Shown here in pieces: positions 10,475 to 17,706 of a stretch of 64,000 bases of DNA. Numbering within the stretch: the first letter of the stretch is position 1; every line of letters begins with the position of its first letter. This stretch comes from an uncultured Verrucomicrobiae bacterium. GTDB taxonomy: Bacteria; Verrucomicrobiota; Verrucomicrobiia; Opitutales; JABDGR01. Under the pieces are notes generated by a model. The model ran no database searches, was not told the origin of the DNA, and was given only the letters and a program-made list of their open reading frames with translations. The stretch covers positions 96,001 to 160,000 of the forward strand of contig CAVXVB010000005.1 in assembly GCA_963765205.1 (NCBI GenBank), in the 5' to 3' direction. A program made the position numbers and the translations under genes.

Positions 10475-10724
10475 CGGGTAGTTCCGGCGACTATGAAGGT
10501 TGCTCGCGTTTTTAGCGAGGTAGATTTGTCGGACAGGGAAGTCCTTAGCCAAACGATTATCATGTGAGTTCGCGCGGGGTCTGCGATGGCCCGTTGCCAC
10601 TTACGGAATCGCAGCCTAGGGCAGCGGGCGGACGATAAGTGTGGTGAGGCGAAATAGACACCAAGTGGCATTGAGATTTTGATAGTTACCGCCGAATGGT
10701 GCGGCAAAAAAATCCGATTTTAAA

Positions 10725-10822
10725 TTGCCCAAAGTTGCCCAAAAAATCCTGATTCTTTGAAAAATAAATCGGCGGCAGGGCGCTATACCCTGCTACCTAA
10801 AGTTGCCCAAAAGTTGTCCAAA
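10725..10822 (+). repeat. Two tandem pairs of TTG(C/T)CCAAA direct repeats (putative integrase arm-type sites)
   Basis: Copies at 10725, 10735, 10803 and 10814; inverted copy TTTGGACAA at 10971 followed by TTGGAC at 10982. Confidence 0.6.
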
Positions 10823-10938
10823 ATGTTGTTTTTAGTTGCTTTTTCTTGGAACTGCATGTATCTTGGTTCTTGTTCTAAATCATTAACAATCAACTAAGTC
10901 CGCGTTTATTAGGGACTTAGTTTCGCGGGGGAAATTAT

Positions 10939-10962
10939 GTTCGAGTCCCTGTTCTCCCACCA
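10939..10962 (+). other. tRNA 3'-end fragment (T-loop to CCA), probable att site ending the integrated island
   Basis: GTTCGAGT-CCCTG-TTCTCCC-A-CCA has canonical T-loop / 5-nt T-stem / 7-nt acceptor / discriminator / CCA spacing, but no upstream 5' half of a tRNA. Confidence 0.75.
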
Positions 10963-11179
10963 CTTTCAGTTTTGGACAATCTTGGACGGCCAGGGACGGC
11001 AGTGGATAAACTGCCTCATTTTCAACGGGTTGTGAACCCACCGTTAAGTTTTGAGAATTTTTAGGATGGACATCTATTTCCTTAAAAACCCCTTTTTGAC
11101 CACTTTTTAGTGGCTGAGGAAGTGAAACTGGCGCGGGGTTGGGGGTGCCAACTTTGACGAGGTTTGCCAGCATTTCGAT

Positions 11180-11262
11180 GCCCTCCCGCAAGGGGAACCG
11201 TTTTGACGCTTTTACGCAGCAGTTTCGCCACCTCTGCTAGAGTAAGCGGCGGCTCAAAGTTG
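11180..11262 (-). pseudogene. Remnant of excisionase-like HTH (MerR/Xis-type) gene
   Basis: FEPPLTLAEVAKLLRKSVKTV, continuing as LREG only after a frame change; no convincing start. Confidence 0.4.
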
Positions 11263-11307
11263 GTGGGAAGGGGAGTGTTAGCGTAAGCACCAACATTAGA
11301 TGAGGAC

Positions 11308-12000
11308 TTAATTATTTGATGGGCTCGAAACGGGAATAGGCGAATGCATAAAGGCATTTTTCTCTGCGGCCCGCAGCAACTCGCGCACTTCTTCGTCCGT
11401 GGTTTGGGAAAAATCTACATACCATTCGCCGACGCTGGAAAATTTCTCGGGAGTAATCAGCGCGACGACTTCGTCCGCCTCCGTGCGCAATTTACGGCAG
11501 GTTGCCTCCGCCGCGGTGGGCACGGCAACGATGATGCGCCGCGGTTTCTGTTTGCGCACGGCGGCAACGGCGGCGCACATGGTGGCGCCCGTCGCCAAAC
11601 CGTCATCCACCAAAATGACGACTTGTCCGGCAACTTGGGGAAACGGGCGGTGGTCGCGATAGGCTTGCTGGCGGCGGGTCAGTTCATGCTCTTCGCTGGC
11701 AGTTGCGGCCTCGATTTCAATGGGCGAAATTTGCAGTTCCCGGATCACTTCCTCGTTTAGCAGCCGGCCGCCACCGGCGGCAATGGCCCCCATCGCCAGT
11801 TCCTCATGGCCGGGCACGCCCAGTTTGCGCACGGCAATAATGTCCAACGGGGCTTGCAAGCGCTGGGCCACGGCAAATCCCACGGGCACACCCCCGCGCG
11901 GCAGCGCCAGCACAATTACATCTGCACGATGGGCGTAATTTCTCAGCTTTGTCGCCAAGAGCTGTCCCGCTTCGATTCGGTTGCGAAATCGCATATTCAT
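11308..12000 (-). CDS. Phosphoribosyltransferase (Rv0571c/Rv2030c N-terminal type)
   Basis: FRNRIEAGQLLA, LALPRGGVPV, VILVDDGLATGAT PRPP motif, FSQTTDEEV. Confidence 0.9.
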   Translation of the reverse strand: MNMRFRNRIEAGQLLATKLRNYAHRADVIVLALPRGGVPVGFAVAQRLQAPLDIIAVRKLGVPGHEELAMGAIAAGGGRLLNEEVIRELQISPIEIEAATASEEHELTRRQQAYRDHRPFPQVAGQVVILVDDGLATGATMCAAVAAVRKQKPRRIIVAVPTAAEATCRKLRTEADEVVALITPEKFSSVGEWYVDFSQTTDEEVRELLRAAEKNAFMHSPIPVSSPSNN

Positions 12001-12036
12001 GATGGAGCCTTTTGTTGTCTGACAATTTTTGAAAAG

Positions 12037-12696
12037 TTAATCCCGTTCGTTTAAATAACGTTCAAACCATCCTGCGGCCAAGACAGCCACCTGTTCCAGG
12101 GCTCCCGGCTCCTCAAATAAATGGGTTGCGCCCGGAATGATTTCGAGTTGCTTTTCACAGGTCAATTGGGCGTAGGCTGTCCGATTCAAGTGCAATACTT
12201 CTTCGTCGGCCCCGCCCACAATGAGCAAAGTCGGGCTGCATACTCCCGGCAATGCGCTCCCGGCCAAATCTGGACGACCACCGCGGGAAACCACGGCTTC
12301 AACAACCAAGCCCAATTCCGCCGCCGCCACCAAGGCCGCCGCTGCGCCGGTGCTTGCGCCGAAATATCCGATGTCCATCTGCCGGGTGGTGGGCTGCCGG
12401 AGAATCCATTGCGTGGCTTGGGACAAGCGCTCCGCGAGCAAATCGATGTCAAAGCGCAGATGCCCATCAATGGCGTCGGCGGCTTCTTCGTTTGGCGACA
12501 ATAAGTCGAATAGCAATGTGGCGAGACCAGCGGCTTGAATTGTCCGCGCCACAAACTGGTTGCGGGGGCTGCGACGGCTGCTGCCGCTGCCGTGGGCAAA
12601 CAACACCACGCCGACTGCGCCAGCCGGGATGATGAGGTCACCCGCCAGCGTCGCTTCCCCCGCCGGGATGGTAACGGAACCGGGCCAGTGGTTCAA
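12037..12696 (-). CDS. Dienelactone-hydrolase-family alpha/beta hydrolase (start uncertain)
   Basis: FAHGSGSSR.SPRN, GYFGASTG nucleophile elbow, VSRGGRPDLA, GATHLFEE. TTG start at 12696 with GGAG upstream is a guess. Confidence 0.85.
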   Translation of the reverse strand: MNHWPGSVTIPAGEATLAGDLIIPAGAVGVVLFAHGSGSSRRSPRNQFVARTIQAAGLATLLFDLLSPNEEAADAIDGHLRFDIDLLAERLSQATQWILRQPTTRQMDIGYFGASTGAAAALVAAAELGLVVEAVVSRGGRPDLAGSALPGVCSPTLLIVGGADEEVLHLNRTAYAQLTCEKQLEIIPGATHLFEEPGALEQVAVLAAGWFERYLNERD

Positions 12697-12746
12697 GCTG
12701 GCTCCGGCCTCGCCTCGGCTGGGGGCCTGGACGCGCGGGTTTCCGC

Positions 12747-13184
12747 TCAGATAGGTTGGGCGACAATTCCATGGGTGTTCTCCATGTCTTTCCGTTCGCA
12801 ACCGGTTTGATGGTGCGAGAATTGAGGAATATGGATCAAAATTTCGTTTCCGTCTGGATGCAGATTTTCGCCCAACGCCCAGTGGGTGTCGTTCAGCGTG
12901 AATTTGAATGCTTTGGGCGGGCTATCCGCCGGATAAGCATAGACCCAGCGGTCGTCTCCAACGCAGTATAAGGGTGCGCCCATATCCCAGCTTAGATTTC
13001 CACCCTCGCCGCGAATATAGACGCTGTTACCCCAGCCAACATTCGCCAAGGCAACAATGTGATGCAGTGGTTTCGGTGCCGGAGAATCCTGCACGACTGA
13101 TTCTGGCGAAGCAGGCAACTGTTTTGGTTGCCGGCGATCCCTTCTGGGCATTTTAGCCGGTCTTTCGATGGTTGCTGTATTCAT
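12747..13184 (-). CDS. Small protein: disordered N-terminus plus CBM20-like beta domain (paralogue 1)
   Basis: NVGWGNSVYIRGEGGNLSWDMG...FKFTLNDTHWALGEN. Confidence 0.6.
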   Translation of the reverse strand: MNTATIERPAKMPRRDRRQPKQLPASPESVVQDSPAPKPLHHIVALANVGWGNSVYIRGEGGNLSWDMGAPLYCVGDDRWVYAYPADSPPKAFKFTLNDTHWALGENLHPDGNEILIHIPQFSHHQTGCERKDMENTHGIVAQPI

Positions 13185-13593
13185 TGTGAATGTCCTCGCT
13201 TTATTTGGTGATTAGAAAGCTTCTCCATTCATCGCAAAGTCCGGCAATGCCGTTACACCGCCCACCAAGATTGGAAGCCTTGACCGCCTCGAGAAAGATG
13301 GTGGCGCAAACGCTGTCGTGCGCCCGAGGCGGCAATATCGGCCCGAAAATCGTGGGCGCTCGTGGGTTGGTGATGGCATTGCACGGGAAAACCATGCCGT
13401 TCGGCGATAATATGGCGAACGGACGGGTGAAATGGCGACGTATGGCACCACGGCGCGGGACTCGCCATCAGGCGGGCGCGTTGCGGCCCAAACCGGGCGT
13501 TAAGTTGATGTTCGGTGAAGGGCATGGTCAGTGTAAGATAGATTTTGGGTTTGGGTGACGTAAGGCTTCCGGCGACTTTTGGCCCATTCGGCA

Positions 13594-14010
13594 TCACGGA
13601 AATTCCGGCATAAATGTCGAGAATTCCTCCACCGAAACAATGCAATTATCCCCGAACGCCCAGTCTTTATCGTTGCGCAAAAACTTAATTTCACGCGGCG
13701 CATTTTCTTCCGGAAAAGAAATAACCCAATGCTCGTTCGTGAGGCAATCTAGTGGCATGCCGACATCCCAACTCAAACCTCCGCCGTCGCCGCGTAGGTA
13801 GATCGCATTACCCCAGCCAACATCGACATGGGCGATAATGTGCTTACGTTTCTTTTTGGGATGAATATAGTCCGGCATTCTCTTGGCCAGGGCGGTTTGC
13901 TGAGGAGCACGAACTGCCGATACGGGCTTGGCTTTGTTGGCCGGAGACTTGGCGGAAGTCGTGGACGGTTTGTGGGCGGTCTTTTTGGGGGCTGTAGTGG
14001 TTGTGTCCAT
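13594..14010 (-). CDS. Small protein: Lys/Thr-rich N-terminus plus CBM20-like beta domain (paralogue 2)
   Basis: DVGWGNAIYLRGDGGGLSWDVG...IKFLRNDKDWAFGDN; start MDTTTTAPKK at 14010. Confidence 0.6.
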   Translation of the reverse strand: MDTTTTAPKKTAHKPSTTSAKSPANKAKPVSAVRAPQQTALAKRMPDYIHPKKKRKHIIAHVDVGWGNAIYLRGDGGGLSWDVGMPLDCLTNEHWVISFPEENAPREIKFLRNDKDWAFGDNCIVSVEEFSTFMPEFP

Positions 14011-14056
14011 GGCTGAAGCTTTAGTAATGAAAAATGAAAACAAATGTTCAGACGGG

Positions 14057-14398
14057 CTAACCAGCCAGCATGGCCTCAAAGCCAGAGCGGGCATGGTGGT
14101 TAATCGCCGTTTTTCTATTCTTGAACCGGCTGATTTTTTCCTTGAGTTTGGGCATGAGCAAATCCACGGCCTCGTAGGTATCCTGCGCTCTGGCTTCCGC
14201 ATGCATGACTTTGCCACCTGCAATTAAATTCACCTCGGCCTGAAAAATCAGGCCCGCATGATGATGCGGATCGCGATCAAAAAAAAAGTGGGCCTCGAGC
14301 GGGTGCATGAATTTTTCGAGCTGCCCCATGCGCCTTTGGACATACATTTGCAGGAATGTTGTCACCTCCAGATTCTTGCCTTTAATTGAAATGGTCAT
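14057..14398 (-). CDS. raiA: Ribosome hibernation factor HPF/RaiA (short form)
   Basis: MTISIKGKNLEVT..LQMYV...DTYEAVDLLMPKLKEKISRFK matches the S30AE/HPF pattern. Confidence 0.8.
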   Translation of the reverse strand: MTISIKGKNLEVTTFLQMYVQRRMGQLEKFMHPLEAHFFFDRDPHHHAGLIFQAEVNLIAGGKVMHAEARAQDTYEAVDLLMPKLKEKISRFKNRKTAINHHARSGFEAMLAG

Positions 14399-14465
14399 GG
14401 CTGGCCTTGGTTGAATAGTTGCCGAGTGAAAAGGCCCCGGGTACGGGGAAGGGCCGCGCGGCGGC

Positions 14466-14496
14466 CCTCACGGCGGAGATTTGATCCGCCGTGAGG
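14466..14496. terminator. 12-bp perfect hairpin downstream of hsp20 (terminator or processing/stabilising stem)
   Basis: CCTCACGGCGGA-N7-TCCGCCGTGAGG; no clear U tract. Confidence 0.45.
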
Positions 14497-14509
14497 CCGG
14501 GGCGCACCT

Positions 14510-14962
14510 TCAGGCGATTTTAACTTCGATTTGCTTGGGTTTGGCCTTTTCGCCCTTGGGCAGATGGACGCGCAGCAGGCCGTCCTTGAATTCGGCGTTC
14601 ACCTTGCCGGCGTCCGCGTCATCAGGCACGCTGAAGCTGCGATAGTAGCTGCCGTAGGCGCGTTCGACGCGGTGATACTTCTTGCCCTTCTCCTCCTTCT
14701 CGAACTTGCGTTCGCCAGAGATGGAGAGCACGCCGTTTTCGACGTTGACGTGAACGTCTTCCTTTTTCACATCGGGCAATTCCGCCTTGATGGCGTATTC
14801 CTTGTCATCTTCGGTGATGTCCACCAACGGTGACCATTCAGCCACGGTCAGGGATTCCTCGTGGCCATTGCCAGGAGCTGAGGTGCGATTAAAGAGCGTG
14901 GAAAGACGATTTTGCGCGTCCTCCAGCTCGCGGAACGGATTCCAACGAACGAGTGTATTCAT
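14510..14962 (-). CDS. Hsp20/alpha-crystallin small heat-shock protein
   Basis: WSPLVDITED, ELPDV, ERAYGSYYRSF, AEFKDGLLRVHLPK; start MNTLVRWNPF. Confidence 0.95.
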   Translation of the reverse strand: MNTLVRWNPFRELEDAQNRLSTLFNRTSAPGNGHEESLTVAEWSPLVDITEDDKEYAIKAELPDVKKEDVHVNVENGVLSISGERKFEKEEKGKKYHRVERAYGSYYRSFSVPDDADAGKVNAEFKDGLLRVHLPKGEKAKPKQIEVKIA

Positions 14963-15004
14963 GGTTTTATTTTCCAGTTGAGGTGATACAAACAAAAATT
15001 GGGC

Positions 15005-15454
15005 TTAGGCTTTGCCGCCGAAGGTCACGAAATCGTCGAGATCCAGCAGGTCGAGCACGGTGACGACATCCTCGCGCCGGGGTGCCACCTCACTCTGCAT
15101 CTGTTGAAGGTGCGAACGCATGGCGACGCTCGACGGGGCGCGGGCTTCCAGAAACGCCGACCAGGCGGCGATTTCCTGCGGTGAATGTTTGTGTTTAGCA
15201 TGGGCTTCAACCCACGCGAGGATTTCGCCATCGCCTTTTCCTTTGGCCACTTCCTTTTTTAAAGCGGCGGCGGCGATGCCGGCAAAATTCAGGAAATTTT
15301 GATCCAGCGGGCAGTTGTATTGATATTCGCCGTTTTTATGAGCGAGAGTGGCGCGGCATTTGTCGAGCATCCGCGGCAGCGTAACGTATCCGCCAAGCCG
15401 GACACGGGGACCGCGCGGAGCGCGCTGGGTGAGATCGGGAGCGGAGTTAGTCAT
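15005..15454 (-). CDS. DUF5069-like protein
   Basis: APRGPRVRLGGYVTLPRMLDKCRA...GEYQYNCPLD...LDLDD. Confidence 0.75.
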   Translation of the reverse strand: MTNSAPDLTQRAPRGPRVRLGGYVTLPRMLDKCRATLAHKNGEYQYNCPLDQNFLNFAGIAAAALKKEVAKGKGDGEILAWVEAHAKHKHSPQEIAAWSAFLEARAPSSVAMRSHLQQMQSEVAPRREDVVTVLDLLDLDDFVTFGGKA

Positions 15455-15577
15455 GGTGTTTTTTCAGTGGTGGTGAATGGCGTGAAGGTTTAGTCAGCCG
15501 TTTTGCGGTTCGAGAGTTATGGTTGGTGATGGAAGAAAATAATCTCAACTGGGCGATTGCGTCATGGACACTTTGCC

Positions 15578-16090
15578 CTAGCCGACCACATCCAGCCGTC
15601 CAGTCATCTCAATTTCTTCCTCCGGGTCGTCCTGCGGCGCGAAGAAATCCAGCCCCATGGCCTGGGCGGTTTTTTTCAAAAACTGGTAACGCGGTGAATC
15701 TGGCGCATCCAATCTTTCATTGGATGTGAGCAGGGCGACGATGGCCGCATGGCCTTTGCGGGGCTGAGTGGTGTAATCTTTAATCCATTTTTTAAGGGCC
15801 GCAGGCAAATCACCCGGTCCGTTAAAGGAGGCGATGACCATGTCCGCCACGCGGGCATCAAATAGGGCGTGGTCAAAACAAGCGGGGTCTTCCATGTAGT
15901 TAAACCGCATTGGCTGCACGTGTTGGCGCAGGCGGCCATTAAATTTATCACCGAGACGGTCGAGGGTTTGCGCCGCGCGCAAGGTGGCATGCATGTCATT
16001 ATAAATAATGACGACAGACAGGGGACAGGCGTCATTCGCCTTGCCCAAGAAGGAGGCATACTCGTTGGTGATTTGGGGTAAGCATTGCAT
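15578..16090 (-). CDS. Hypothetical protein (possible degenerate receiver-like alpha/beta fold)
   Basis: 170-aa ORF with alternating beta/alpha pattern (SVVIIYND, ADMVIAS, AIVALL); first gene of the leftward arm. Confidence 0.5.
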   Translation of the reverse strand: MQCLPQITNEYASFLGKANDACPLSVVIIYNDMHATLRAAQTLDRLGDKFNGRLRQHVQPMRFNYMEDPACFDHALFDARVADMVIASFNGPGDLPAALKKWIKDYTTQPRKGHAAIVALLTSNERLDAPDSPRYQFLKKTAQAMGLDFFAPQDDPEEEIEMTGRLDVVG

Positions 16091-16150
16091 GATGCACCGA
16101 GCTTACCCTAAATTTTGAAAGTGTCTATTGGGCCTATGGATATGCTTCAT

Positions 16151-16231
16151 TAGGGAAATTGCTTAGGGGGATAACCCCCAGGTTTGCTGGCCGCGATTAC
16201 CGCTGGCTTTACCCGATAGGGATTTTGCCTA
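16151..16231. promoter_or_regulatory. Repeated quasi-palindromic operator in the divergent promoter region
   Basis: TAGGGAAATTGCTTA (16151-16165) and TAGGGATTTTGCCTA (16217-16231), 12/15 identical; GGGGGATAACCCCC abuts the first. Confidence 0.45.
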
Positions 16232-16302
16232 GCGTGTTTCAGCCTTCGCTCCAATATACATCCCGGCCATTTAGGAGTAAGCTGGGGAAAAAGACAAAAT
16301 CC

Positions 16303-17649
16303 ATGCATGTTCTCGAACAAACGTTGGCTGAACGACTCCGCGAAGCGGCCCATCCGCTCACGGATAAAAAACAGGATTACCGGCCGCTATTAAGCCTCAT
16401 CGGTGATGCGCGTTTTGTCCTTCTTGGCGAGGCGACGCATGGGACGCACGAGTTTTATCGGGATCGCGCTCAAATCACCCAACACCTGATCGCTGAAAAG
16501 GGATTCAATGCTGTGGCGATTGAGGGCGACTGGCCGGATGCCTATCGGGTGAATCGTTTTGTTCGCCATGAAGGCGACGATCACGAAGCCATCGAGGCGC
16601 TGGCAGGGTTCAAGCGGTTTCCGCAATGGATGTGGCGGAATGCGGAAGTGCTCGAATTTGTGGAATGGCTGCGGTTGCACAACGACCGCATGGGCGGCAA
16701 CCATTACAAGGCCGGTTTTTACGGGCTGGACCTCTACAGCATGTATGCGTCAAAGGAAGCGGTGCTGTCGTATCTCGACAAGATTGACCCGTCAGCGGCG
16801 CACCGCGCGCGTGACCGCTATGCCTGCTTTGAACATTTCGGCAAGGACGAGCAAGCCTATGGATACGCCCTGCACGCCGGCCTTGCGCTTTCCTGTGAAA
16901 ATGAGGCCGTCAGCCAATTGGTCGAGCTGCGCTTGCGCGCTGCGGATTTGGCCAGTCGTGATGGACGGCTTCCACCCGATGCGCATTTCATCGCCGAGCA
17001 AAATGCCCGGTTGGTCAAAAATGCCGAGGAGTATTACCGAACCATGATTGGCGGACGGGTCTCGTCCTGGAATCTCCGCGACCGGCACATGGTGGAAACG
17101 CTTGACGCGCTCGACACCCATTTAAGCAATCGGGTGGGACGCAGGGCAAAGATTGTGGTTTGGGAGCATAATTCCCATTTGGGCGATGCAAGGGCCACCG
17201 AAATCGGCGCACAGGGTGAGCTAAACGTCGGCCAATTGGTGCGCGAACGTTATCGGCATGAGGCGGCATTGATTGGCTTTAGCACCTATACCGGCACGGT
17301 CACGGCGGCCTCAAACTGGGGCGGGCACGCGGAACGCAAGCATGTCCGCCCGGCCTTGCCTAACAGTTATGAAGCCCTTTTCCACGAAACCGGCCTGCCT
17401 CGTTTTTTCATCAACTTGCGACACGCCAAAAAGTCCATCCCCGAGTTTCATCAAGACCATCTGGAGCGGGCCATCGGGGTTATTTACCGGCCCGGAACAG
17501 AACGCGTCAGTCATTATTTCCGTGCCCGTCTGGCCGATCAATTTGACGGGGTTATTCATATCGACAAAACCTCCGCCGTGGTCCCTTTGGAGCAGGGAGC
17601 CGAATGGGGCGGCGGCGAAATACCCGAGACATTCCCCAGCGGGGTCTAG
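16303..17649 (+). CDS. Erythromycin-esterase-family protein (Rv2030c C-terminal type)
   Basis: LLGEATHGTHEFY, EGDWPDA, FPQWMWRN, WEHNSHLGDARAT, ERAIGVIY. Confidence 0.9.
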   Translation: MHVLEQTLAERLREAAHPLTDKKQDYRPLLSLIGDARFVLLGEATHGTHEFYRDRAQITQHLIAEKGFNAVAIEGDWPDAYRVNRFVRHEGDDHEAIEALAGFKRFPQWMWRNAEVLEFVEWLRLHNDRMGGNHYKAGFYGLDLYSMYASKEAVLSYLDKIDPSAAHRARDRYACFEHFGKDEQAYGYALHAGLALSCENEAVSQLVELRLRAADLASRDGRLPPDAHFIAEQNARLVKNAEEYYRTMIGGRVSSWNLRDRHMVETLDALDTHLSNRVGRRAKIVVWEHNSHLGDARATEIGAQGELNVGQLVRERYRHEAALIGFSTYTGTVTAASNWGGHAERKHVRPALPNSYEALFHETGLPRFFINLRHAKKSIPEFHQDHLERAIGVIYRPGTERVSHYFRARLADQFDGVIHIDKTSAVVPLEQGAEWGGGEIPETFPSGV

Positions 17650-17706
17650 CGTCAATTGAACCATCCTATCGCAATCCAATTCTCTCGTCCTCAAAAAACT
17701 CTCCCC

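Noticed and set aside
10475..10600. Extended N-terminus of TcmP from the ORF track (similar over-extensions at 14223, 16159, 35669, 37687, 40008, 60298)
   Set aside because: Family-like sequence begins at downstream starts; the extensions look like translated intergenic DNA.
10890..10962. Intact tRNA gene
   Set aside because: Only the T-loop-to-CCA part is present. The upstream sequence cannot form T-stem, D or anticodon arms; the GGGGGAA/TTCTCCC pairing yields only a mini-hairpin and may be chance.
16303..17649. Macrolide resistance gene (ere)
   Set aside because: Family membership only. The motifs and context match the widespread Rv2030c-like group, not mobile EreA/EreB.
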